From NCBI GenBank assembly GCA_964016885.1, contig OZ024746.1:89714001-89778000 (forward strand): 64,000 bases of DNA. The letters are read 5' to 3'. A program made the translations under genes and the position numbers. Shown piece after piece: positions 39,632-53,143 of this stretch. Each line of letters starts with the position of its first letter. Positions within the stretch are counted from its first letter, which is position 1. The notes under the pieces were generated by a model that searched no databases, was not told the DNA's origin, and saw nothing but the letters and a program-made list of their open reading frames with translations. The stretch is from Eledone cirrhosa (Eukaryota).

Positions 39632-39815
39632 GCGGATTGGCAGTATCGGTAGAGGGTCGGACGCCATGCTTTCCAGCATAGTTACGTCCCTTTACGATCT
39701 GAGTTCATATCCCGCCGAGGTTGACTTTGCCTTTCATCCTTACGGGGTCGATAAAATAAAGTACCATTAATGCACTGGGTAATTGCTGGCCTTGTGCAAA
39801 AAGTAGAAACAATTA
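39632..39815 (+). mobile_element. SINE family A
   Basis: Full length; TSD ATTATGATTG. Confidence 0.92.
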
Positions 39816-40089
39816 TGATTGTAAATCTTATCACTAAGTACACATTTTCAAGAGTAGTACTTATAATCAAGAAGCAATATTTAGAATTTCATGATTTCCA
39901 TTGAAAATTTATTCCGTCTAACAAACAAAAATCTTACTGCTTAAGCTCCGCAATTGTATCTTTACTAAGACGAATACATACATACACACATACATACATA
40001 CATACATACATACATACATACATACATACATACATACATACATACATACTTACATACATACATACATACATACACACATACATACATAC

Positions 40090-40502
40090 TTACATACATA
40101 CATACATACATGGTGGCTGCCAACTCGTTTTCGAGTACGGCCACTACTTTATATCCATGTAGGAGAACCCCTACCAATGCGCTGAATGAGTGTGGCTTTT
40201 TAGTCCAGCCAGCGACTTGAAAACTCTGGTACAAATACTACACTTGTGACAATTATTGACACATAGAGCTGGGCCATGTGACGACAAGTGCAGAGAGATC
40301 TCCAGATATAAAGCAATGCCTGTGCCATGAAGCTTTTATAGTGAGCAAAGGCACTGCACAAAGCCAGTCCCACTCTCTTAACCAAGATGATAGTTACCAA
40401 AAAGAAGAACAAGTCAACATCATTGGATACCATCAGGGTTGCAGGTGTTATATCAGAGTTTTCCTTCTCCTAGAATTCTGCCTTGACAAAGGCTAAGGGG
40501 TC
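40090..40502 (-). mobile_element. Dispersed repeat, probably RTE-type LINE 5' region
   Basis: Minus strand CTAGGAGAAGGAAAACTCTGATATAAC resembles an RTE 5'-UTR motif; related to 4465-4770. Confidence 0.5.
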
Positions 40503-40529
40503 ATCTCTCATACATACATACATACGTGC

Positions 40530-40565
<36 letters not shown>

Positions 40566-40568
<3 letters not shown>

Positions 40569-40754
40569 AGAGGATGTGGTAAGATACCATGTGGACCATA
40601 ACGCACCAGGGTACTCAATATTTAGTTTAGTGAGTGGATAATAGGAAAAGAGTCGGGACTCCGACGTCTGAGCTCCGGCAGATCCGGCAGATCCGACAGC
40701 TAGATCCAAACTCGAATTTAGCTGTCGAAACAGTGGGGGTTCAGCCAGACTCTT
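40566..40754 (-). mobile_element. Diverged cassette family H3 copy
   Basis: Tail GTGGACCATAACGCACCAGGGTACTCAAT matches 16910-16940; residual hairpin GACAGCTA...TAGCTGTC-GAAAC. Confidence 0.7.
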
Positions 40755-40766
40755 TATATATATATA

Positions 40767-41416
40767 TCGATATATATAAAGTTGTATTCCTGTCTGTTTG
40801 TCTGTTTGTTTAGTTTGTTCTCGGACTCGTCCTATGGTTTTTGAAATATACCACCATAACCATATATATTGTGAAAGTACATTGCCCAGGGTACTTGGAT
40901 AAGTATATTTCATTTTAATCAAAGGGTTGCCGGGGTGCACAAATCCCGCTGAAAGCTTTCGCTTTATATGAACGTTAAACCATAGGCAAATGACAAGATA
41001 TGATGCCTATACTCTAAATTTCAGCAAATTTCAATAATATTAAGAAATCCTAACGGGGGTTAAACCGCCTATTAGGGTTCCCCGGAGGCAAAAAAACCCC
41101 GCTGAAAATGTTTTCCCTTCTATTTATATTAAATTTAAACCATAGCTAAGTTACAAGATATGATGCCTATTCACAAAAGTTTTGAATTTATATTTTGAAA
41201 AAAATTATTTACAAGAAAAAAAATAAGTAAAAGATTTAGTAATGTAATTTTGATTTCATATATTACAAAAGATAATGGTTTCCAATCTTTCATGTATCAC
41301 ATTTTACACTGAGTTTTTCTCCATAAATTATTTCACTGATTTCAAATCAATCATCATTTTCCTACAAAAGAAAAAAAAATGTTTGAAATGCAGCAAAGCG
41401 CGGGTAATTCGGGTAG
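40767..41416 (+). mobile_element. Non-autonomous Helitron-like element
   Basis: Starts TC.ATATATATAAAG followed by (GTCT/GTTT)n; internal direct repeat (CCCGCTGAAA...ACAAGATATGATGCCTAT); ends GCAAAGCGCGGGTAATTCGGGTAG|T (degenerate CTAG). Confidence 0.6.
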
Positions 41417-42026
41417 TATATATATTTAGTTTAATATAATAGGTCTTTGTTGATTTTATTCAATGAACAAATATAATTATTTCTGAAGACAACATATGAT
41501 CTATTTTCATCCCTAAAATAATCTTTCATTCATAATATTCTTTCCATCCAAAACTGAAATCTACCTTCCTCTACCCCTAAATTAAGGTTCTATTACTACT
41601 ATTTTACCGTATTGACCTCACTATCTTTCTATTGGTCAATTCAAAACCTGTTCCCAAACAGACCTATTGTATTAAATCTTTGTTGGTTTTTTTCAATAAA
41701 CAAATATCATTATTTCTGAAGACAGCATATATATGTGTAGGTATGTATATTCCTTCTGATAGTTTGTAAACATTTTACATAGATCTAAATGATATGCATA
41801 CCAACACTAACATATATATCCTAGAAACGATCGTAAAATGATGTATTTTTTTAATATAAGGAACTGTTTCTTTGTTTATTCATTATTTTTATTAATTTAT
41901 CTTGACTCTGTCTTCCTGTATTTTTCATCGAAATAAATGTTTGAATACATCTCTTTTCATGATTTCGGATTACATTGAGTTCTTCATACAGATTGGACAC
42001 TACCGTACATTTTGGTAGATTTATCT

Positions 42027-42100
<74 letters not shown>

Positions 42101-42129
42101 GTGCGTGTGTGTGTGTGTGTGTGCGTGCG

Positions 42130-42345
42130 TGAAGGTGTGTGGCTGAGTGGTTAGAGGATTTGATTCGCAATCGTGAGGTTGTGAGTTCGATTCCCGGACC
42201 GGGAGATGCATTATGTCCTTGACCAAGACACTTTATTTCATGTTGCTCCTTATACCTAGAGTTGCGACCGATAGATAGTATTAGCAACTGGAAAGACCAA
42301 TGGAAACATTGTTTCCTCGGTCTGTTTTGACGAAAGTCGATCGAC
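42130..42345 (+). mobile_element. SINE family B
   Basis: A box TGGCTGAGTGG, B box GAGTTCGATTCC; homologous to 12238-12452. Confidence 0.88.
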
Positions 42346-42351
42346 TGTCTG

Positions 42352-42422
<71 letters not shown>

Positions 42423-42462
42423 CGCACACAAAACACACACACAAGCACACAAACACACAGCC

Positions 42463-42535
42463 CAAGCTGATGATCCTAATAAGGGGAAACAAATTCTTTT
42501 CGTTATGGTGAAGTAACTGTTGTTGAAATCTTCCA
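42463..42535 (+). ncRNA. Hammerhead motif, family H4 (diverged, tail-less)
   Basis: CAAG-CTGATGA-TCC taataa GGG-GAAA-CAAATTC-TT-TTCG followed by the family H4 downstream sequence. Confidence 0.6.
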
Positions 42536-45500
42536 TATATGTATATATGTATATATATATAATTAAATTCCCTCTGTATATTCAATACACATTATTGGTA
42601 TTTTGCAATAAATACATTACGTAAATTACAAATATACCATGAAGGATGTAAAAAGAATATAAAATACTAACAGCTCTAGTACCATGTGTTTTTCTATACA
42701 TGTTTTATTTTGCTGTGTTGGAAAGATATCAGATGTTTTTTTGTTTTTTGCATGCATTTGCACTAAAACGTTCTCTTTAGATTCCTCTATTCTCTTCCTG
42801 ACATGATGTCGCTTAATTACTTTTTTCTCTTTACATATGAATGAAGTAAACTAGTGTAATAAGATTTTTACTATAACTATTTGTATATGTTTACAGCGCG
42901 GAAAAAAATAAGTGCATGTCGAATAAATAAATAAAAATTAATTCTCACGTCGACACAACAACATACATCTACACACATTCCCTTGCACAAGCGCTAACAC
43001 ACACTTGCACATATTGTGTTCTTTATGACAGTAAATATTTATTGGAAATTTAGTTCTGTTCCATACTGTGTTACGTAAAATAAATTGTTTGATCTTCTAT
43101 GCATATGCTAACATTGATTAAAATGGCAGCCTATCTTTACAAATTTATTCAGTACTGATTACAACAGAGAGAAAAACTACTGTTGTCAGCAATACAACCT
43201 CGACCACCACCAACAGAAATATCAACGAATCCACCATCACTACAAACGATAAGAACATTTTAGTCGTTATCAGCACAATGATTATCACTATTATCCAACA
43301 CTTCTCCACATTGACAATGTGGGATCATACTATTACTCTATACATCAGCTCGCCGTAATAGATTTAAAAAACAGAATAATAACAGAAAAAGAAAAAGCCA
43401 AATATCCGAATATATTATTTATACAAATATTGAGAAAAAAGTGATGTTATAAATGATAAAATAATGAATTTCCTTCAAAACAGCGTTGAATCAAATGAAT
43501 TAGTAAATCCTTCTATTTTATATGTCGTATTCATTTCCATTTAAACACAACTTCCAAATGCATCTATAATAGTATTCGATTTATCAACAATATATCTCCA
43601 CATTTAAAAGCTTCTTTAAATTAATAGGCATGGAGTGTAAACATTAATAGTAATTCTCCACCAAAGAATCTGAACAAACACACTGACGCACGTACATATT
43701 CACATAGAGAGACATAAAAAATGATAATTGTGTTTCACTCATATAAATATATACCCCACTACGCATACACATATGTATATATGGTTGTATATTAGTTTAT
43801 GTTTCTCTGATTATATGTGAGACCAAATATTTATTTGGATTATAACATCGATTTTCTTCCTACCGAATTGCAATTGATTGCCTACGTAGATATGCAAATA
43901 GAAATGCATGTTCAATAGTAGAGTATTTCTCTTTATTTGGAATCTGTGTCCTACATTTGTTGTACCAGGAACATGTTCACATTTGCCGAGAATATCAAAT
44001 TTGTAAAAGGTGTAGTGAGATGGATTTAGTCACTGCTGTATAAGGTTGATGTTCAACAAACATTTCAAATCATCCCCTAAAATATCACGAAGTTAAAGAT
44101 GCACCAGAAATAGATGGAAGACCCGAGGCCATTCACATACTGACGGTAATTTCTTTCCTTGACCCTCAAGTCCTGTCTGAACCATTTAATCGCCCGTGTT
44201 TGGGTAGAATCATTTCTTCAATTGCAGCACTCTGTCAGTAGCTACAGCAAGATCAGTTCGATAAACGTTGTAGACAAAGCATTCATTATCATTTTCGCAT
44301 AATGTTTTCGCCATGATAGTGTTCAACCTTAGTTCAATTTTTAGTAGACTCGACAGATCATCATTTCATCTTGAGAAGTAACCGATATTTATGAGTACAA
44401 CGTTTGTGAGATGGATCAGGGAGTTTCGCGCGGAGTAGAAATGTCGGGTGATGGGATGCCAGCCGGATGACAAGGCCAATATATACAGTTTTATCTATTT
44501 GGGGGAGAAAGTGTATAATGGAGGTATAGTTTGTGGTGACGAAGGGATCGGTGGTGGTGGTGGATGGTAGGAGTGAGGACGTGATAAATTGGTGAATGTT
44601 GGAGGACATTTGTTGATATATTGTGGGCTACCGCAACCATGTCTACGTCTGTAAAACATATGATTCGCCTCTTACTTTTTTCTTAAATTCTGTTCACTCG
44701 TATCTAATTTTTCATTAATGGATTTTATTGGCGGTTAACAGTTTAATTATGTAGTAGATAGACTGTAAATTTAAGCTTTACTTTTTCTGTCGACCTCGTG
44801 GCCATAACATTTCTGCCAGTTAATTATATCAGTATAAATGTGAATTCTTCTTGCGCCACCCACTTGTCTGATGTCACAAACATGTATTGTTACTGCCTTA
44901 ACAATTCTGGGTTAAGTTGGTCTTGTGGTCTTTGCATTACCAGAATGTCTGCGACATCGACATCAGATCCACTTTTAACAAAAATTAGCAGGTTTTAACA
45001 AAAACTACGGGCGGTTTTCTGCTGCCACGTGTAGTATATATGCATGTAGATATGATACGTTGTATACATGCATGTAGATAGGATACGTAGTATATATGAA
45101 TGTATATATGATACGTAAAATGTAAAGTAAATTGACAATATGTACAGAAATTGAACAGAGACTGTGTTACACTTTCTTCTGTAATCTGTAAAGTAATCCA
45201 TGATACATTAAAAAAAATGCATTATATATAAACCGCATTACGGCAAAATATGTGGTCGTGTGGGTATGTACGAAAGACAGGTAATATGATGCAATACCGT
45301 GGCACGATACCTAACCTGGTTAACACTTGATTGTGTTTAAACTATATTACTAATGTTATTCCTTACAAATTAATCTTTCTCCTCGACAACATATCTCTCC
45401 TGTTCAATCTAAGTCTTTGGAGACTATATTTGCTATTATTTTGCCTGTATTAACTTGTGTTTGTACTTGTGTAATGGTTAAGCATAAACATGTTTAATTC

Positions 45501-45894
45501 TACATCTCTATGGTTGCATCTGCAGAATATTCACAATCTATATGACTTAAATCAATAATTTATTACTTAAACGCCACAATGTTTGAATGTAGTTTAATTT
45601 TTCATTTCGTGAAAATATTAATTTTAATCTATTAATCTCATTTGAGCAATATTATTTTGTCTTGTTTTTGTTTAAATTTGTGCAGCTGTTTGCTCATAAA
45701 TTTTAATTTTTATATATTATTGCCAACGAATAGGCTATTACCAATATTATTATATTTGTTGTCAGATATATGTGGATCATAATAAGAGAAATAATGGGAT
45801 GGACTTTTATGGGTTGGTATGGAAAATGCAATCGATTGAAATGGTTTTTCCCAACCCACATAAGAAAACACACGCAAAACTAAATATATATAAA

Positions 45895-46430
45895 GGAATA
45901 ATATTATTTTATCTCCGGGCTACCGCTAATAAATACAAGACTGGAATTAGATCACACCTCCATTCGTTTAAGCATACAAAACGTAGGAACTCCACTTCTC
46001 TCGCTAACTATATCACTCAATTAACTGAATCTAACACTAGTTACACAACTTAATGGCGTATTATGGAGGCATATTATATGATATGCTCCGTATCAATTGT
46101 GATACGGAATGGATTGGCAGTAGCGGTAGAGGGTCGGATGCAATGCTTTGCATCATAGAGTTACGGCCCTTTATGATCTGAGTTCAAATGACATCGACGT
46201 TAAATTTATTTTTCATCTTTACGGCCTCGATAAAATAAAGTACCAGTCACGCACTGGGGTCGATTTAATCGACTTTTCCCTCCCTCAAAATTGCTGGCCT
46301 TGTGCCTATATAAGAAACCATTATATTATATGCTCCGTTCCCACACTGATTAACAATAGGGCTGAAACGCTAGTAATCTGCTCGCATCGACGCCCCTATT
46401 CCTCCTATTCCTTATCTAACAGTGTCTAAC
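45895..46430 (+). mobile_element. Penelope-like GIY-YIG endonuclease fragment interrupted by a SINE
   Basis: KYKTGIRSHLHSFKHTKRRNSTSLANYITQL...*WRI before the SINE and LINNRAETLVICSHRR after it; both typical of PLE C-termini. Confidence 0.75.
46108..46324 (+). mobile_element. SINE family A (long form)
   Basis: Contains GGGGTCGATTTAATCGACTTTTCCCTCCC; TSD ATTATAT.ATATGCTCCGT. Confidence 0.9.
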
Positions 46431-47030
46431 ATCGATATAGCTAACTAAATTGTTCACACCTAAAAACACGCCCCCCCCCTCAACCATAAAGTATATTCCC
46501 TGTTATCCATTTACTATAAACTAGACCAAAACGTTTGATAATTATTTTTCCTTCCTATCATTTTGACTAAGCATAATACAAATAGCCAATATATAGTTAT
46601 AAATATATACCACATTTGCTTACCCCAGATTGAATGTATAAAATATTTTTCTTTCCTAATATTTCCTCGTTTTTTTATTTTGTTCCCCATTTTTTAATAT
46701 GCAATGTTCCCTTTATTGCACTATTCTTTACCACATAACCAAACAATTATATGCAACCACACCAGTAGACCACTGCAGCTTATAGTTGATAGTTTAATTT
46801 AAGAATGTAAGCTTTGGCCATCAATACAAACTGAAACAAGTGGTGAAAGGGTGTGATGCGTGTAGGGGTGGCGGTGGTGTGTGTATATAAGGTGACAGGG
46901 GGTCCGACGGCGGAGGGTGGTGTATGTGTATGTGTATAGGTGTACGTGTGTGTGCATATGTGTATAATTATATAAATATATAGATATATATATATATACA
47001 TATATATATTTATTTATTTAATTATTTATT

Positions 47031-47228
47031 TATTTATTAAAATAACAAGTTACAGTTTAAGCAAAGAATGGCTGCTTTCACCCTTAACGGGAAAGCAGCG
47101 ATTCTTTCCTTAAACTTTAATCTGTTATTCTAATAAATATTTGCTCTCGGGTTCTTATATATTTGATATATATTCATCCTTATCGAGCCCTCTTTGGTTT
47201 TAGTCTTCACATTTATTATTATTACTAA
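47031..47228 (+). mobile_element. Fold-back cassette family H6
   Basis: Arms 47031-47079 and 47091-47139 around ACCCTTAACGG; homologous to 16247-16315. Confidence 0.75.
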
Positions 47229-47476
47229 ATATATATATATATTATATTACGTAGCTGTCTTTATCCCATTGCAGAAACTAATTAGTTGGAGTGAAAATTT
47301 TAGTAAGTAAGTTAATTTTTTAAATTCTTTTTAAAATTTTCTTATTTTACGTCTTTCATATTATTGTTCTGCATCCTCTTGCATTGAACCACCTAGGTAC
47401 TATGACATAACTCATGTATTTGCTAGCATTAGCGTACATCTGTACGCATATGTTAGTAGATATACTAAATTCTCTC

Positions 47477-47564
<88 letters not shown>

Positions 47565-47618
47565 CACACATACACATAGAAAGATAGATAGATAGATATG
47601 AATATGTGTATGCAATGG

Positions 47619-47676
<58 letters not shown>

Positions 47677-48179
47677 GAGAGAGAGAGAATGAATCGGAAA
47701 TATATACGATTAAAGTGAGGTCTTATACAGACATCACAAATAAAAAGAAAAGAAAGATTCTAACAACCAATATATCATTATTTTCGATACCAACATTTTA
47801 TATAATTACATTCTATACTATTAGAAGAGTAATTTAGAAATCTTTCTCTTCTTTCCTTTCTAGTTAAAATTGTAATACACCAGGGATTTGCTTAACTTAA
47901 TTTCTTTGAGTTTCTTATTTCTATCATTGCTGCCATGGTGGGAGTTATATAACTCTTGGTTCCAGGTAGGTGAGGTCACGACTTTTACGGTTATTCTGCA
48001 CCCAGGTGCCTTGTTATAATTATCTACTAACAACTTAGTGCGCTGTTTATGGACAGAGATCTAAGACAATACTTAATCACGTTTAACATGTTTCCCAAAC
48101 GTGAGTTAAAAGGTTATTTGCAAACATGACCCTAACCCATTGTATAGACAAAAATGAATTTTCATATGTTACTTCATAA

Positions 48180-48283
48180 TAAATGTTTCTCCTTTTGGCA
48201 CTAGGCCAGAAATTAACCAGTAGATTACTGGTATTTTATGTTATCGACCCCGTAAGGATGAAAGGCAAAGTTAAGCTTGGCGT
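48180..48283 (-). mobile_element. SINE family A (3' half)
   Basis: Consensus match. Confidence 0.8.
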
Positions 48284-48436
48284 CCAAATATTAGTCAAAC
48301 GAATAGCAATCGAAATACAAATAAAGATGTTTTAAACAAAATTCAGCCAAATAAGAAAAAAAGGTCAATTATTATTGAATGCACCTCACCTTAAATTAGA
48401 GCATGTGCATATATAGATGTAATATATATATATATG

Positions 48437-48512
<76 letters not shown>

Positions 48513-48739
48513 CCACATACATACGTTAAAATGTATACATACACACACACACATACACACATACATACATATATATATATATATACATACATATATATAT
48601 ACACACACATACACATATATATATATACATATATATACACACACACATACATATGGATATATATATGTATATATATATATGTATGTGTAGAACTCATTCA
48701 TTGATGTATTCATTGAACCTTGTGTAACTCTCTCTGTCT

Positions 48740-48815
<76 letters not shown>

Positions 48816-48854
48816 GATATTAACAAATGGAAACTATATTTATAAAACCATATT

Positions 48855-48919
48855 TATTTCATTATACATATTTCAAGGATACCCAGTTAAATTATGGTAT
48901 ACCTTCATCAGACAAAATA
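48855..48919 (-). ncRNA. Type-I hammerhead ribozyme (mirror copy)
   Basis: Reverse complement of 49060-49124 with cores intact. Confidence 0.72.
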
Positions 48920-49059
48920 CAATATATACCAGTTTTATAGATAAACATTAACGTGCCCTTTCAAAATGCGATCGTTACTTTTGGAAGACATCAGGATAAA
49001 GGAACGGTCGCATTTTGAAAGGGTACGTCAATGTTTATCTATAAAACTGGTATATATTG

Positions 49060-49124
49060 TATTTTGTCTGATGAAGGCATACCATAATTTGACTCAGTAT
49101 CCTTGAAATATGTATAATGAAATA
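49060..49124 (+). ncRNA. Type-I hammerhead ribozyme
   Basis: TATTTTGT-CTGATGA-AGGCATAC...GTATCCTT-GAAA-T ATGT A-TA-ATGAAATA; 8-bp stem I with two G-U pairs. Confidence 0.75.
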
Positions 49125-49251
49125 AATATGGTTTTATAAATATAGTTTCCATTTGTTAATATCGTATATCTACTCCATATAGTTGTTGAGTGCTTTATAT
49201 CAATTATAAAAATATTTACTTGTTGTATCCCAACAATTTAAATAGAACTTT

Positions 49252-49311
<60 letters not shown>

Positions 49312-49461
49312 TATTGAAGTTTCCGTTGAAAAAGTCAGAGGAATGAAGAGTGCTCTATGTAAGTTACAGAGCTGAATATTTAATGTATATTAAACAATAC
49401 AATATAACTACCTCATTACCAGGGGTTTCTCGAATAAAACGAATACAAGAAACGTCCGCAT

Positions 49462-49545
49462 AACATGTCCATTACGAGGTGACGATCCGCTAAGGTGAAA
49501 CAATTGTTCTCGGTATGGTGAACTAACTGTTGTGTAACCACTTCT
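49462..49545 (+). ncRNA. Hammerhead motif, family H4 (core C->G variant, tail-less)
   Basis: CGAG-gTGACGA-TCC gctaa GGT-GAAA-C AATT G-TT-CTCG. Confidence 0.65.
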
Positions 49546-49572
49546 ATATATATATCTATATATCTATATCTA

Positions 49573-50626
<1,054 letters not shown>

Positions 50627-50627
50627 A

Positions 50628-50926
50628 ATGGAAGTGGTTACACAACAGTTAGTTCACCAAACCGAGAACAATTGTTTCTCCTTAGCGGATCCTCAGCTCG
50701 TAATGGAAAGGGTTATACGGAACAGGCAGGACAACCGTACCCTTTTTTTCGCTCCTTTCGAAGCGGACCTTCTTGACCGTACCATGTCCATTATAAGCTG
50801 AGGATCCGCTATGGTGAAGCAACTGTTCTCGGTATGATAAACTAACTGCTGTGTATCCACTTCTACCTAACTCGACCCATGGACTGAATGCTCTACCACC
50901 ACGGATATTACCTTCCAGTGTTCTAC

Positions 50927-50930
<4 letters not shown>
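50628..50930 (+). mobile_element. Fold-back hammerhead cassette family H4
   Basis: Inverted arms at about 50631-50710 and 50785-50863; tail 50864-50930 with AACTC...CTGAATGCT; (TA)n flanks. Confidence 0.8.
50663..50700 (-). ncRNA. Type-I minimal hammerhead ribozyme
   Basis: Minus strand CGAG-CTGAGGA-TCC gctaa GGA-GAAA-C AATT G-TT-CTCG: all three stems pair, GUU triplet, palindromic AACAATTGTT. Confidence 0.88.
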
Positions 50931-51006
<76 letters not shown>

Positions 51007-51577
51007 TTTTAAAGAGTAAACAGAGAACAAAAACAGAAAAACGAAGAGGCAGTACCAATGATATTATCAGATTCACACTTGAGACACACACACTCAAGAC
51101 ACACACCCACACACGCACCCACGCACACACACAAGCGCGCGCGCACACACACACACACACACATACATATATATAGATATATATTTATAAAGCTAATGGA
51201 AATAGAAATCTGCAAACTACATATCACCTTTATTATTCAGTTTTACGTGAAATTGCAGATTCGGAATATATTTCATAATTTATAGGGCTGTCATATTAAT
51301 ACCTTAAAATGAATACATCTAGAATACATGAATATATCAATTTATTGCATTAAATATGGAATTAATAGTTTCTTTCTTTAATTTCAAAATATGCATGCAA
51401 TGAAAAAAATATATATAAATACATACATTTGAAATATTTTCTGATATTAATTCACATATTTCGGATATGCTGAGTGAGATTTGTCTCTCTTTCACTTCAC
51501 TTCAGTTCTCCTTAGCATCTTGTGAAATATATTAAGATCATTACTGTTATTTCTAAATATATTATACGTATATAATT

Positions 51578-52790
51578 GTATGTAGAGGTGGATAAGACAT
51601 GTGTCGAGGTATCGAGTAGGTTGGCCGATCTCACTCAAAAATGGGCCGAGAGGAAACAATCCCTGAATAGTCAGGTGGAGGTGGCGAGCGCACATATCAC
51701 GTCCGTCATGTACTACTTCCTGACCGTCTTCAATTGCAGCCGTTCCCACCTCATCAGATTGGAGCCCCTGCTCTGCAAATTCTCGAGGAATGGCCTGGTT
51801 CCATTGGTGAGGCGGTTCATCTCTTTACGCGAATAGCTTGGTGTTCTGTGGCTGATGATGCACACACATGCTCTTAGACTACGGCCACTTTAGGTTAACA
51901 ATACTGGTTGCCGTTTGTAAGACAGGCCTTTCTGCAGTGACAAAGACTGGTTGCCGTTTGTAAGACAGGCCTTTCTACAGTGAACAAGACTGGTTGCCGT
52001 TTGTAAGATAGGCCTTTCTGCAGTGACAAAGACTGGTTGCCGTTTGTAAGACAGGCCTTTCTGCAGTGAACAAGACTGGTTGCCGTTTGTAAGACAGGCC
52101 TTTCTGCAGTGAACAAGACTGGTTGCCGTTTGTAAGACAGGCCTTTCTGCAGTGAACAAGACTGGTTGCCGTTTGTAAGACAGGCCTTTCTGCAGTGAAC
52201 AAGACTGGTTGCCGTTTGTATCTTTGACTGAGCTTCACTCCTGGATAATTAAGAGACCGAGTCTCGGCGCCTGGTAACTGGTATATGGCCAGATGCTCAC
52301 TACCCTCTACCCCGCAGGCAATGGTCAGTGGCAATTCCATTGTAGAGTTCTAAAAATATTTAAAGGCCCTCGAAAAGGCTATGGACATCGACGGAATCAA
52401 ACCGACCAGTCTGAAGACATTTAAGCCGGGGACCTTGAATAATTTCCTGAATTATCCCATTTTGTAGTGTTACCTGCTGGCATTTCCGGTTCAATATACA
52501 AACTACAGACATGGAGGTGCTAACATATGGACGGACCTTTCCGAGATGCGTGCAGAACGACGAAACCATCATGCACGCACTCGTCCAATATCCGTGCATT
52601 ACTGACTGGTGGAGTTATGTCGAACAGCTGTTATCACGCGTGGGACGAATACTGCTATTGACCGAGTCCATCGTGAAGATCGCCCCACTGCCTTCTATTG
52701 GCCGGGAAGGGCTGCATTTTTCCTCTACCTGGTGGTCGTAGCGAAAGAGGTTGTGTGATGGAAGATGTTCAAAGATTAAAGGCAGACACT
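51578..52790 (+). mobile_element. Tx1/L1-clade LINE ORF2 3' fragment (pseudogene)
   Basis: LTQKWAERKQSL...EVASAHITSVMYY...LVPLVRR...LGVLWLMMHTHALRL, then FPRCVQNDETIMHALVQYP (decayed C-terminal zinc knuckle). Confidence 0.8.
51903..52220 (+). repeat. 43-bp minisatellite, about 7.4 copies
   Basis: ACTGGTTGCCGTTTGTAAGACAGGCCTTTCTGCAGTGAACAAG at 51903, 51946, 51989 and onward; no spacers. Confidence 0.95.
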
Positions 52791-52815
52791 TTCCTCTTCT
52801 GTCGATCCCTCATTA

Positions 52816-52970
52816 TGCCATGCTTTCCAGCATAGTTACGTCCTTTTACGGTCTGAGTTCAAATCCCGCCGAGGTTTACTTTGCCTTTCATCATTACGAG
52901 GTCGATAAAATAAACTACCAGTAATGCACTGGGTAATTGCTGGCCTTGTGCATAAAGTAGAAACAATTAT
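52816..52970 (+). mobile_element. SINE family A (5'-truncated)
   Basis: Consensus match. Confidence 0.88.
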
Positions 52971-53143
52971 ATTTTTTCAAGTTTCACTTGCAAAGGAACG
53001 TTTAGAGTGTAGAGGAATATGCTGCCACACACGAATGTATTTGCTAAACGGAGGTTGAATGTTGAGAGGATAGCCAGTGTTATTGTGCCTACTCTGAAGG
53101 TCAGGAGATAGGGCATCTGGTTTAAGTTTATTATCAGAATCAT

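Larger units (their letters stand above)
48811..49254 (+). mobile_element. Fold-back hammerhead cassette family H2
   Basis: About 170-bp arms 48811-48981 and 48998-49168; tail 49169-49254 with TACTCC...TTGAGTGCT; (TA)n flanks. Confidence 0.8.

Noticed and set aside
44100-44620. Possible L2-like LINE relic on the minus strand
   Set aside because: Only compositional resemblance; no diagnostic motif.
46500-46545. Possible hammerhead relic downstream of the PLE fragment (TTATC...CAAAACGTTTGATAA)
   Set aside because: Both catalytic cores are absent or mutated.
51890-52340. Possible CRISPR array or repeat protein
   Set aside because: 43-bp units are contiguous with no unique spacers, the period is not a multiple of 3, the context is eukaryotic and there are no cas genes.
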